This document shows positions 9,159-18,077 of a stretch of DNA of 64,000 nt, in pieces; positions within the stretch are counted from its first letter, which is position 1, and every line of letters begins with the position of its first letter. A program made the translations under genes and the position numbers. The notes beneath the pieces were generated by a model. It searched no databases. It was not told where the DNA came from and saw only the letters and a program-made list of their open reading frames with translations. Source of the DNA: a virus (taxonomy: Duplodnaviria > Caudoviricetes); IMG/VR virus record IMGVR_UViG_3300035491_000281. One strand, written 5' to 3'.

Positions 9159-9722
9159 CTAGAGCACCTGCCGCAAATAGTAGCGGGCGATGGCCACAGC
9201 ATCGACGCTGTGTTCATCCAGGTCTGACAGATTAACGTGCCACCGCATATCCGGCTGTACCGAAAGTGCGCGGCGCACGTCCTCCTTATCGGACATCTTG
9301 CCCTTGGCTACCCCCACCGCCTTTTTGACACTCGGTGGGTCGATCAGGTTGAAAGGCATATGCGGGTCGTATTCAAAGAGCACACCACGGATAGTTTGCA
9401 CGCATTCCACCAACGCACTGAAGGATTGAGCAAAGCGACCCATGAAGGGGGCTTCGGCAATCACGACATGTGGGCGGAAATCGTAGAGCAAACCCCGCAC
9501 GAGGTCCGCCTGTAGCTGCAGGCGGGCCACGCGACTTCCATGTAAATCAGCCGTGGACTGGTACCCCATCTGACGGTCGTTGGCCACCAGCGTGAACGCT
9601 GTGGCCACATCGATCATCGGACTTTCCAAATCCCAGTCCAGTACTGCGATCCCCATGGTCGTGGTTCCCGGATCAATGCCTAACACCCGCAGCGGCGTCG
9701 CTTGAGGTGGGAGGATTAACAT
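9159..9722 (-). CDS. ruvC: RuvC-like Holliday junction resolvase
   Basis: RVLGIDPGTTTMG, VIAEAPF, VKKAV, EHSVDAVAIA catalytic motifs. Confidence 0.9.
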   Translation of the reverse strand: MLILPPQATPLRVLGIDPGTTTMGIAVLDWDLESPMIDVATAFTLVANDRQMGYQSTADLHGSRVARLQLQADLVRGLLYDFRPHVVIAEAPFMGRFAQSFSALVECVQTIRGVLFEYDPHMPFNLIDPPSVKKAVGVAKGKMSDKEDVRRALSVQPDMRWHVNLSDLDEHSVDAVAIARYYLRQVL

Positions 9723-9731
9723 GGAACCTCC

Positions 9732-10619
9732 TTAGAGGAAGGTGGCGGCGTTAACGTCCTGCTCGCCCAGGGTCGGTTCCACCCCACCGACGTCTAGCGT
9801 GAAGGTGGCGCCATTGGTGGCGTAACCGAGCGCATGGTAGGTGGAGATGTGTACGTTGATCTGGGCGGCAATCACTTCCTTATAAGTGAAGGTTCCAGCA
9901 CCGCCGCTGGACCCGGCCACTTCCTTATCCACACCAGAAACGAGAGCGATCTCGGAGATGACCGGCGAACGGGTGGAGCCCGTGCGGATCTTGTGGGCAT
10001 TGAGGATTTCGGCAACGTCTTCTGCCGTCAGCTGTACCGTGACAATGGCCGAAGCCGATTCCGACGAATTCGACCCCAGCACGACACCACTGTTGGAAAT
10101 CTCCGGACGGACCGGGTTGAGGTTGTCGGTGGTCGGAGTGAACGGCGTGACTGTCGCCACCCCGTCGATGACTTCCACTCGTTGCAGCTGCGCCACTACA
10201 TCGGTCATGTCGATGCGACGCAGGTAGTAGGCGAAGTAGTTACGTCCGTTGTGTACTTCCTGCACACGCAGGCCGTAGCGATCACGCAGGTGTTGCGGCA
10301 GGTCGTTGGTGACCTCGCGCAGGGCGAACGGAATCTGCCCGTACATCCCGGCATCGGTGGCGCGATGCGGGACTGGTACGCTTTCCGCACTACCGTCATC
10401 GGCTTGAACAGTCATGTGGCCGAGGTTACCGATGGCGAAGTAACGCATGCTCGGCACAACCCCAACCGCCGGCTTCACCCCGGCCTGGACATCGAAGCGC
10501 TCATTGAGGGTGGTGTTGGGAATCAGCGTAAAGGGCAGGCCCAGGTTTTTGATCGTCTGCAGGTAGGTACCGTAGACTGTACGCGTGATGCCGATGATTT
10601 CTTGATCGATAGCTGGCAT
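9732..10619 (-). CDS. Conserved phiKZ-like virion structural protein
   Basis: 295 aa with NTTLNERF, YFAIGNLGH, IPFALR..NDL, YFAYYLRRID motifs recalled from phiKZ-like structural proteins; AGGA SD. Confidence 0.65.
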   Translation of the reverse strand: MPAIDQEIIGITRTVYGTYLQTIKNLGLPFTLIPNTTLNERFDVQAGVKPAVGVVPSMRYFAIGNLGHMTVQADDGSAESVPVPHRATDAGMYGQIPFALREVTNDLPQHLRDRYGLRVQEVHNGRNYFAYYLRRIDMTDVVAQLQRVEVIDGVATVTPFTPTTDNLNPVRPEISNSGVVLGSNSSESASAIVTVQLTAEDVAEILNAHKIRTGSTRSPVISEIALVSGVDKEVAGSSGGAGTFTYKEVIAAQINVHISTYHALGYATNGATFTLDVGGVEPTLGEQDVNAATFL

Positions 10620-10650
10620 TTGGGATTACTTCCTTAAACGGATAAAAGGC

Positions 10651-11259
10651 TTACGCTACCAGATCGCCAAGGCCGTGACGCTGGCCGAGAAAATGTACGG
10701 CGCAGTGCTGGTAGAGCTCAAAAAGAGTGGTGTAGGTCATTGCCGCTTCATGACTGACCCACTGGATGGTGGAGTCGGTCGGGTAGCCTATCACACCATT
10801 GGTCAAAGAAGCCTCATAACTGAGCTGGCTGGGTTCTTTTAGCCAGTCCCGCGCTGGGGTATTGCGGCTATAGGTTTCCACCAAGTGCTTCACGGTGAGG
10901 TCAACCTCAAACACCCCTACTCCTGCCACGGTTACTCGTTTGGCCAGTCGACGCGGTTTAGGCGTTGTGGTACGTAATGTGGGATCAAGGGTGCGACCGG
11001 TCAGGAGCGCGTCGATCGCCAACGCTTCCAGCTCCTGCTGGGTATACGGTCGATTGTCCAGCGCTAACCACCAAGTGTTGACTTCGTTGAGTTGCAGCGG
11101 TAGTGGTGCTTGGTCCAGGTCCCCGGTAGGCCAATGCCAGCCGCGAAAGAGTAGAGTACGCAGGGTTGGATGGCCCGGCTGGGTGATCACACTCATGTGC
11201 GCGATAGCGCCCAGACCCAGGTCACCCAACCGGAAATAACCTCGGGTGTTGTGTTTCAT
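10651..11259 (-). CDS. Hypothetical protein
   Basis: 202-aa ORF co-oriented and tiled with neighbours; no recognisable motif. Confidence 0.6.
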   Translation of the reverse strand: MKHNTRGYFRLGDLGLGAIAHMSVITQPGHPTLRTLLFRGWHWPTGDLDQAPLPLQLNEVNTWWLALDNRPYTQQELEALAIDALLTGRTLDPTLRTTTPKPRRLAKRVTVAGVGVFEVDLTVKHLVETYSRNTPARDWLKEPSQLSYEASLTNGVIGYPTDSTIQWVSHEAAMTYTTLFELYQHCAVHFLGQRHGLGDLVA

Positions 11260-11285
11260 GTGGCTTGTTCTCGTAGTAACAGCGT

Positions 11286-11315
11286 AACGCCCCGCCGGGT
11301 TAGGGCGGGGCAGTT
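11286..11315. terminator. GC-rich hairpin, probable terminator
   Basis: GCCCCGCC-gggttag-GGCGGGGC directly after the 11319 stop. Confidence 0.6.
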
Positions 11316-11318
11316 AGC

Positions 11319-11810
11319 TTAAGGCTGGTAGCGCTCCGGTGCGCCGAGCACCATGACACAGGCCCAGAGTTGACCGTTGTCGCTGGGCTTGATCTCATGG
11401 ATCTCGCTCAGGTTAAAGCCAATCCCCTCACCCTTAGGTACCGTGACGGGTTCATCGTTGATGTAGATTGCCTGGTCAGCGTGAAGCGCGTAGGCAATCG
11501 AGGTCCCCGACTGACGCTTTCCTACCCAGTAGGTCATGCGGTCCAAGAACCCTACCTCGGGGTCGAGTTCAAGGTACCAGCCTACCACCGCTTGGTCGGC
11601 CTGCTTGCTTGGGAACTGCGCTTTGAAAGCACTGCGGATGGCATGCGGCCAGAAGAAGTAGCGACTGTAGCGGTAACGACTCAGCGCCTGCTGACCGTTC
11701 TCGCCCATGCGGCGGCGGTGCGATTCGGATTCAGTGAACTGTACCTGATCGCGCAGACGCTGTAGGGTCGCCAACGCCTCGTCGCTCAATTTAGGGAAAC
11801 GAACGTACAT
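11319..11810 (-). CDS. 2OG-Fe(II)-oxygenase/cupin-fold protein, probably lacking the first metal ligand
   Basis: Aligns by eye with the adjacent oxygenase: GFLDRM in place of SFMAEHID; later GEGIGF...IHEIKP parallels GRATVF...PHEVPP. Confidence 0.55.
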   Translation of the reverse strand: MYVRFPKLSDEALATLQRLRDQVQFTESESHRRRMGENGQQALSRYRYSRYFFWPHAIRSAFKAQFPSKQADQAVVGWYLELDPEVGFLDRMTYWVGKRQSGTSIAYALHADQAIYINDEPVTVPKGEGIGFNLSEIHEIKPSDNGQLWACVMVLGAPERYQP

Positions 11811-11822
11811 ACGTAGTCCTTG

Positions 11823-12368
11823 TCACTCGTAGAGATAGATGAGGATGAAGCGCTGGTGTTTCACCGGCGGTACTTCATGCGGTGGGCTCCAAGCGGGGAA
11901 CACGGTGGCACGACCCGGCTCATCCACCACAAAGGTGTCACCGATAAACAACCCGTCGCCGTTATCGCACAGCGGAATGACCATGTTGTACCGGTATTGT
12001 GCCAAGTCGATGTGCTCGGCCATGAACGAGCCGACATCGTAGCGGTTGAACAGAGCTTCTCCCAGTTCTGTACCTTCGATCTTCGGTGCCATGGAGCGGA
12101 TCAGGGCGTTGAACTCCGCAGGTTGCTGCTTGTCGCCCAGGAAGTAGTAATGTGCATCAGTGGTCCCCTTGGTGGGACGACTGAGGATCTTATTGCGGAA
12201 GAACCAGCGCGCCGGGTGCATGGCGCGGAGTTCCTCAACCAACAGATCACAGACTTCCTTAGAAAACACTTCCACCCGTTGTGGGGCGCGGTCCGTAGGC
12301 TTCATGAAGTCCGCCTTCAAGACGACGGGCTTCAGCAGCGGCTGCAGCTTCGTAGCTAATGTACTCAT
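11823..12368 (-). CDS. 2OG-Fe(II) oxygenase (hydroxylase-type)
   Basis: NRYDVGSFMAEHID (HxD), distal PPHEV (His) and QRFIL (2OG-binding Arg). AGGAG SD before MSTLAT at 12368; alternative start at 12306. Confidence 0.8.
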   Translation of the reverse strand: MSTLATKLQPLLKPVVLKADFMKPTDRAPQRVEVFSKEVCDLLVEELRAMHPARWFFRNKILSRPTKGTTDAHYYFLGDKQQPAEFNALIRSMAPKIEGTELGEALFNRYDVGSFMAEHIDLAQYRYNMVIPLCDNGDGLFIGDTFVVDEPGRATVFPAWSPPHEVPPVKHQRFILIYLYE

Positions 12369-12867
12369 AGTCAGGGCTCTCCTGATAGAAGGTCTTACGG
12401 ATGGTGTTGGCACGCTTGACTTCGTCGATGTAGTTGCGCATTTCCACCAGCTGGGCGGTAGCGCTACTGAGATCGAACTCCATGCCGAACCGCTCCTTCA
12501 GCGCTGCGGTGAGATCCCGCAGTTGTTCTTCGAGTTTCAGGATGGCGGTGCCGACGATGTTTACTTGCTGGATCACCGGGTATTCCTTGGTGATCTTGTC
12601 CCGGGCTGCGGCATCGAGTTGTTCTTCGGTCATGACGATCGGCATTTCGAGCTTGTTCTTGATCTCGAAATTGTCAGCGGTGCCGACCACCATGTCGTTC
12701 TGGAAATCGAACATCACTTCGCGGTAGACGAAGAAATCATTGTTCAGCGTTTCCGGATCGACCCACATCATCTCGGCCACCGGCTCGCCGGTGATCTTGT
12801 TGAACTGAATCAGGGCCCGGATTTTCTCACTGGGTACCGTGTAGGCTTCTGCTAATCGACGATCCAT
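12259..12867 (-). CDS. Hypothetical fibre-operon protein (possible chaperone)
   Basis: 202 aa with AGGAG SD and a coiled C-terminal half; overlaps the start of the oxygenase. Confidence 0.65.
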   Translation of the reverse strand: MDRRLAEAYTVPSEKIRALIQFNKITGEPVAEMMWVDPETLNNDFFVYREVMFDFQNDMVVGTADNFEIKNKLEMPIVMTEEQLDAAARDKITKEYPVIQQVNIVGTAILKLEEQLRDLTAALKERFGMEFDLSSATAQLVEMRNYIDEVKRANTIRKTFYQESPDYEYISYEAAAAAEARRLEGGLHEAYGPRPTTGGSVF

Positions 12868-12877
12868 GGGTTACTCC

Positions 12878-14200
12878 TTAAATGTTGACCCAGCCACCGC
12901 TCTGCCGAACGGCGCCGTAGACTTGGTTGTAGACGCTGAGATGGGCGCTCACTGAGATAGCGTAGAGCACCACCGTTCCGACCGGGTACGCGCTGATGTT
13001 CGAGTAGGTCACGTTGATGTTGTTCAACGCGGTTGCTCGGCTTGACTGCATGCCGATGTAGAGGACCTTGTTATTGGTCTTCTCGTAGGTGTCGAAGATA
13101 GCGCGGATATCGCCCCAGGTTTTATTCCCCAGCAGCAGCTTGCTTGCACCTACGGCACCAGTACCCAGGCGCTCCGGATCAAATACGTCGTGGGTCACCA
13201 GACTGGCTTTTAACCCGCTGCGGATGGCATCGTAAACCTGCTGGTAGGTACGTCCCTGGAACAGCATCGAGTCCACCGCCGTACCATCCAACGGTAGTAG
13301 TCCGTCGATGGTGGTGTCCATCACCGCCGTGGTGTAGGCGCCGATCTGCTCAGCGGTCACCTCATGCGGGTCGTCGTAGTCGGTCAGGTGCGCATGCAGG
13401 GCAGGGATAGCGGTGAGTTGCAGGGCTTCACCCGTACCTTTAACCGTCATGTAGCGGTTAGTCACTGCCGGATCAATCGCATGTTCCGTTTCAGCCAGGT
13501 AGTAGTTGAACAGGTTCCCCAGACCCACCTGGACTTTAGTGACGCCGTGCGGGTTATTGTAGTTGTTGATATGCGCCGTGATCCCGGCGGTCAACACCTC
13601 AAGGGTATCCTCGGCCTCATCGAACAACACATCCCCGTAGTCTTCCTCATGAGCGACCGCCGCGGTGTCTTTGGTAAACGCCGCGCGTTTTAGCCGCTCC
13701 ATTTGGTGGTTTACCGACTCTAGCCCGTACAGCTGCCAGAATTTGTGGTGGTGGGGTGCTGGGGTGTACTCATAGGGCTTCCCGGCAATGCCGGCCCAGG
13801 TCACCGCCTGGTTTTCCGCCTTAAGTGCATCCATCACGACCGCGATATCCTCGCTGGAAAGGCTGTACCAGCCGCCAACGGCTTGATAGCTCAGAGTGAC
13901 TTTGGCACTCACAGCCGGGTTGGTCACAACTAAGATACCGCAGACTTCCTGACCGGTGACGGCCGTGAGTTCGCTGTACAGGTAAGTGGCCACATAATCC
14001 ACACCAGGCGTGAGGCTGCGGCCCGTCACCCCATCGATCAGGCGTTGTTGCTCACTGCGGGAATAGAAGGCCCCGCGGCGCGGCATGATCACCCGGTGAG
14101 ACCGGTTGGGTATGGTGATCAGCGTGTGCTGCTCATCCAAGACCCGGTTGGTCAGTTGCTTACCTGTCAGGTCAAGCGGTAAGAGCGTAATTTGCGTCAT
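12878..14200 (-). CDS. Tail-fibre-like paralog 1 (NPH-repeat family)
   Basis: N-terminal LPLDLTG...NRV domain, HINNYNNPHGVTKVQVGLGN repeats, C-terminal NINVTYSNISAYPVGTVVL module. Confidence 0.75.
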   Translation of the reverse strand: MTQITLLPLDLTGKQLTNRVLDEQHTLITIPNRSHRVIMPRRGAFYSRSEQQRLIDGVTGRSLTPGVDYVATYLYSELTAVTGQEVCGILVVTNPAVSAKVTLSYQAVGGWYSLSSEDIAVVMDALKAENQAVTWAGIAGKPYEYTPAPHHHKFWQLYGLESVNHQMERLKRAAFTKDTAAVAHEEDYGDVLFDEAEDTLEVLTAGITAHINNYNNPHGVTKVQVGLGNLFNYYLAETEHAIDPAVTNRYMTVKGTGEALQLTAIPALHAHLTDYDDPHEVTAEQIGAYTTAVMDTTIDGLLPLDGTAVDSMLFQGRTYQQVYDAIRSGLKASLVTHDVFDPERLGTGAVGASKLLLGNKTWGDIRAIFDTYEKTNNKVLYIGMQSSRATALNNINVTYSNISAYPVGTVVLYAISVSAHLSVYNQVYGAVRQSGGWVNI

Positions 14201-14209
14201 GTTGAATCC

Positions 14210-15556
14210 TCAGTTCGGACCCACCCAACCGCTGGCAGTACGCACGACCGCTCCGGTGATTTGAAGGGTAGTGGTGGTGGTTCCGTTACCGTTATAATGA
14301 CCCTGTTGATGCAGGAAACGCACCAGGACAATTGTTCCGACCGGGTAGGTGTTAATGTCAGCGAAGGTCTGCGCGATGTAGCTGTTGCAGTTTGCCTTCG
14401 AGCCACGATAACCCACCGTGAATACCCGCGGTGGACGGCTACTGTACTGATTAAAGAGCGTCGGTATATACGTCCAACGTTGGTCACCTGTCAGGATGTA
14501 ACGGTGGTCGAAGCTACCCGCGCCCAGACGCGCCTGCGCAAACCGCTCCGACGTTACGTTCGGGGCGTGGAGGTCTTTACGGGCATTGGCATAAAGCTGC
14601 GCGTAGGTGTAACCACCTAATCGCAAGCTATTCACTGCGGTTCCGGTACGGTTCAGTCGCTGCGACAGCATCAGGGTGACGTCACGCGCCGGGTACGAGT
14701 CGACCTGCTGCGGCGTAAGGCGGTGCGGGTTCTGACGATTGGTGGTATGACGGGTAAGGTCATCACCAAAGTTAGTCTCGACGTACTGGGCGGTGCGCAA
14801 CGGGGTCATCATGCGGTCATGCTGACCAATTCCCAACACCCGGGCTTCAGCTTCGGTTGCCGGTGGAATGTTGCTCAGCCGCTCCAGTTGAATCTGCACC
14901 ACGTTGACGCGGTGCGGGTTCTGCTGATCGCGCATGTGATCGGCCAAGCGTTCCCACTGCGCGTTTCGCCGCGCGCGCAGTTCATCAAACCGACGGGTCA
15001 GGTCGAGAAACAGAGCTTCCATTTCACGTTGGCTGGCGTCTAGGATCGCCTCTACCATCCGCTCAACCTGAAAACGGTACGGTTCAAAGCCGTACAGTTC
15101 CCAAAGGGCATGGGTATGACCCCCCGGGGTAAATTCCCCAGGGCGATCCTTCAGGTTTGCCCACTTCACCGCCCGTGTATCGCTCAGCAGGCCACGCGCC
15201 AGTTCGATGATGGCAGGAGCCACACTGGTGAATTCCCCGCCGACCATCTGGGCATCGATGTAGAGATGGCTGGTGACTCGTGGGTTCAGGATCACGATCA
15301 CACTGCAGACTTCCCGCCCACTCAAGCCTGACGCTTTGGCGTTCAAGCCGGTGAACTGATAGTCGCCAGCCTTGAGGCGGTACCCGGTATTGTCCCGCAG
15401 TTGGACGTCGTCGGTGTAAAAACAGCCATGCTCCAAACCAAACGCCCGCATGGGTTTATCGGCGAGCGCACTGAGGTCATGGTACTCACCCAACACCCGA
15501 TTGTCGGGGTTGGTTGCCGTCAAGTCCAACGGCAACGCTTGCAATAAAGGATTCAT
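14210..15556 (-). CDS. Tail-fibre-like paralog 2
   Basis: Same N-terminal domain, NPH repeats and ADINTYPVGTIVL C-terminal module. Confidence 0.75.
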   Translation of the reverse strand: MNPLLQALPLDLTATNPDNRVLGEYHDLSALADKPMRAFGLEHGCFYTDDVQLRDNTGYRLKAGDYQFTGLNAKASGLSGREVCSVIVILNPRVTSHLYIDAQMVGGEFTSVAPAIIELARGLLSDTRAVKWANLKDRPGEFTPGGHTHALWELYGFEPYRFQVERMVEAILDASQREMEALFLDLTRRFDELRARRNAQWERLADHMRDQQNPHRVNVVQIQLERLSNIPPATEAEARVLGIGQHDRMMTPLRTAQYVETNFGDDLTRHTTNRQNPHRLTPQQVDSYPARDVTLMLSQRLNRTGTAVNSLRLGGYTYAQLYANARKDLHAPNVTSERFAQARLGAGSFDHRYILTGDQRWTYIPTLFNQYSSRPPRVFTVGYRGSKANCNSYIAQTFADINTYPVGTIVLVRFLHQQGHYNGNGTTTTTLQITGAVVRTASGWVGPN

Positions 15557-15560
15557 CGTC

Positions 15561-17600
15561 TTACCCCAAAACCCAACCAGACCCAGTACGGACCGCGGCG
15601 CGCGTCAAATCAAAGGAAACTGTAGTGGCGCCGTTACCGGTACCTACTGCAGCACTGTAGTTGGCGCGGAACAGTACGATGGTTCCAATTGGGTATGCGT
15701 TGATGTTCGAGTAGGTCACGTTGATGTGATTCAACGCGCTGGCCTCCGAGCCAAGGTTACCTAGCAGGTAAACGCTACCCTGATCGGCCGGACTGTACTG
15801 CTGAAACAGCGAGCTTAAGCTGACCCAGGTGCCGTCACCGCGCAATACGGTGGCACCATTGGCCGCACCGATCCCTAGCCGTGCTGGTTCGAAAACCCCG
15901 GTTTCGAACGCTTGGGCGGAAAGATTCGCTCGTACGTCGTTGTAAACCTGGCTATACGTCTTAGCATCCCCTGGCCGCTGCAATACTTCCCAGGTGGCCT
16001 GAGGTTGCGACTGGCAGAGGTAACCGAACCGTTGCGGGCCTTTGAAGATCGCCAATTCCGGGTGGGAGTTCAGATCGACGACGGTTTTGGCACTGGTAAG
16101 ATAGCCACTTTCGCCCAACTGCGATGTTTCGATGGTGATGATGTCACGCGCCCGTGTGACCTTAAGTTTACAGCCGGCCGGGAAAGTGCCCCAACCCACT
16201 CCGGTGTTGGACACTCCCCGCGGTCCGGTGGCTACTGTACCGTCGGGCCACTTCAAACCACCGTAGACATTCTGCACCCAGGTTGGGTTGACTTGAAAGT
16301 CTTTGGCGATGATCATAGGGGCGCTGCCCATACCGACTCGCAGCACCGAAAGGTCATGCCAACGCCCTTTGGCGTCCTGTACGTGGGCGATACTCAAACC
16401 AATGTAGTCGTCGTCCATGCTGGTCGAGCGCAGCACGGTTTCCAGGGTGTACTCGTCAAACTTCTCAGGCGAGATAAAACCCACCAGCGACACCGAGTTG
16501 ATAGTCGAGCTGATGCGGTTGTTAACCTCGTCGAACGTCCACGAATTCATCTCCTCCGGCATAGCCTCATCACTATACGGATCGCCGGTGAGGTTATAGG
16601 TAGTGCTGGCAGTGCGGCTTACCCGTTTCCAGGATTCGAACACCCGCTTGAAGGTCTCCATGAAGGAAATCAGGTGGGTAGTATCGGCGGCGGTACCATC
16701 GCGGGGAAGCTTCTTCGCAACCTCGGCATCGAACTCTACCTTACCGAACACGCCCACCTGTCCGTAGGTCGCGCCATGTGGGTTGTCTTTTCGGGACACG
16801 TGTGCAGTGAGGGGTTTGAGCGCGAGTTCATCAATGGCTTGGTGAGTGCGTTGAGGTACCATAAAGGCCTCATGCAGGATACCACCTCGCGCCTGGGCTT
16901 CGCTCGCCGCCGGGAAGTTTTCCACCAGCTCCAGTCCGACTTGACGCTTGGTGACATCATGCGGGTCCTGGTCGTCGTTGACGTGACGCTCTAGCCGGTC
17001 GTCGTTCTCGGCAAGATATCCCGCCTGCAGTTCACGGGCGTTACTGCGGTAGACATTGACCGCTTCCTGATTACCGGCAATCTTGGAGTTGACCAGCGCT
17101 TCCAGCTCATTGTTAAAGCTTTGGAAGCCATCCCGCTCCCAAAGCTCCGCCTTCAGCTCGCCCGGCAAGTACTGACGCTGCACGCCAGTGATACCGCCCC
17201 AGGTAATCGGCGCGCCAACGTTGGTGCTGATCCACTCGATAACGTCTTCCTGTGCCGTCAACGAGAAAGCATAATCACCACCGACAATCTGTGCGGTGAC
17301 ATAGACCATACCGTCCAATTCCGGATTAAGGAATACTAGGGCACCGCAGATTTCCAACCCCGTACGGAACGTAGCATCCTCGTAGGTGTAGGTTGCAACA
17401 TAATCGATATTGGGCTTGAGACGGTTGTACTCTTTGTCGTACACCATCAAGTCGCGGGTATAGAACCCGCCGTGATCCAGGACCACTACCCGTTGGCTGA
17501 TGCCGGAGTGGTTGACCAGAAAATGGGGTTCACCCATGGTCAGGTTTGTCGGGTTACGCCCCGTGAGATCCACGGGGTAATGTATCAACAGCGAATCCAT
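15561..17600 (-). CDS. Tail-fibre-like paralog 3 with inserted lectin-like domain
   Basis: Same architecture plus an insert of about 230 aa containing DDDYIG. Confidence 0.75.
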   Translation of the reverse strand: MDSLLIHYPVDLTGRNPTNLTMGEPHFLVNHSGISQRVVVLDHGGFYTRDLMVYDKEYNRLKPNIDYVATYTYEDATFRTGLEICGALVFLNPELDGMVYVTAQIVGGDYAFSLTAQEDVIEWISTNVGAPITWGGITGVQRQYLPGELKAELWERDGFQSFNNELEALVNSKIAGNQEAVNVYRSNARELQAGYLAENDDRLERHVNDDQDPHDVTKRQVGLELVENFPAASEAQARGGILHEAFMVPQRTHQAIDELALKPLTAHVSRKDNPHGATYGQVGVFGKVEFDAEVAKKLPRDGTAADTTHLISFMETFKRVFESWKRVSRTASTTYNLTGDPYSDEAMPEEMNSWTFDEVNNRISSTINSVSLVGFISPEKFDEYTLETVLRSTSMDDDYIGLSIAHVQDAKGRWHDLSVLRVGMGSAPMIIAKDFQVNPTWVQNVYGGLKWPDGTVATGPRGVSNTGVGWGTFPAGCKLKVTRARDIITIETSQLGESGYLTSAKTVVDLNSHPELAIFKGPQRFGYLCQSQPQATWEVLQRPGDAKTYSQVYNDVRANLSAQAFETGVFEPARLGIGAANGATVLRGDGTWVSLSSLFQQYSPADQGSVYLLGNLGSEASALNHINVTYSNINAYPIGTIVLFRANYSAAVGTGNGATTVSFDLTRAAVRTGSGWVLG

Positions 17601-17622
17601 CGGGTAGTCTCCAGTTTAAAAA

Positions 17623-17940
17623 TCAACCCAAACGCTCTGTCGCGGATTCAAACGCGTCGGCCAGTTGCTCGAACACCTGGGCATCGATTGCTTCGGCCGT
17701 GCGGCGTGGAGTCATCAGACTATTGTTGTCGGTACCTACCACCGCCTTGGGTTTCGTCGCCGCCGGGTAGTTGGGCACGCGTCCCAGGCCAACATGGGCT
17801 TTGGTGGTACGGTGGGGGTTCTGAGTGTTTCCGATATGGTTATTCAGAACATTCATTACCGAAGTAATCTTCCCGTGTACCGTCGCGTAGTACCCACGCA
17901 TGACAGTAACTAGACTAGCTAAAAGGGCTACCAGATTCAT
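17623..17940 (-). CDS. Small NPH-repeat fibre-associated protein
   Basis: HIGNTQNPHRTTKAHVGLGRVPNYPAAT...LMTPRRTAEAI; hydrophobic N-terminus. Confidence 0.7.
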   Translation of the reverse strand: MNLVALLASLVTVMRGYYATVHGKITSVMNVLNNHIGNTQNPHRTTKAHVGLGRVPNYPAATKPKAVVGTDNNSLMTPRRTAEAIDAQVFEQLADAFESATERLG

Positions 17941-18044
17941 AAAAACCTCAGCTCAGAAAGTGATGAAGAGACACTGGTGTTGAGCCTGTGTATCCGTGTT
18001 GCGGGTGCCGGGAGTTCTACATGAAACTCCATCTGGAATAAGAA

Positions 18045-18067
18045 AGCCCGTTTTACGGGGCTTTCTT
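18045..18067 (-). terminator. Terminator-like hairpin after the 18078 stop
   Basis: AAGAAAGCCC-gttttacg-GGGCTTTCTT. Confidence 0.65.
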
Positions 18068-18077
18068 TAAGGGTCGA

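Noticed and set aside
11823-12368. Classical collagen prolyl-4-hydroxylase assignment
   Set aside because: Fibre prolines are mostly in the X position (G-P-Y), not the Y position used by P4H; substrate left open.
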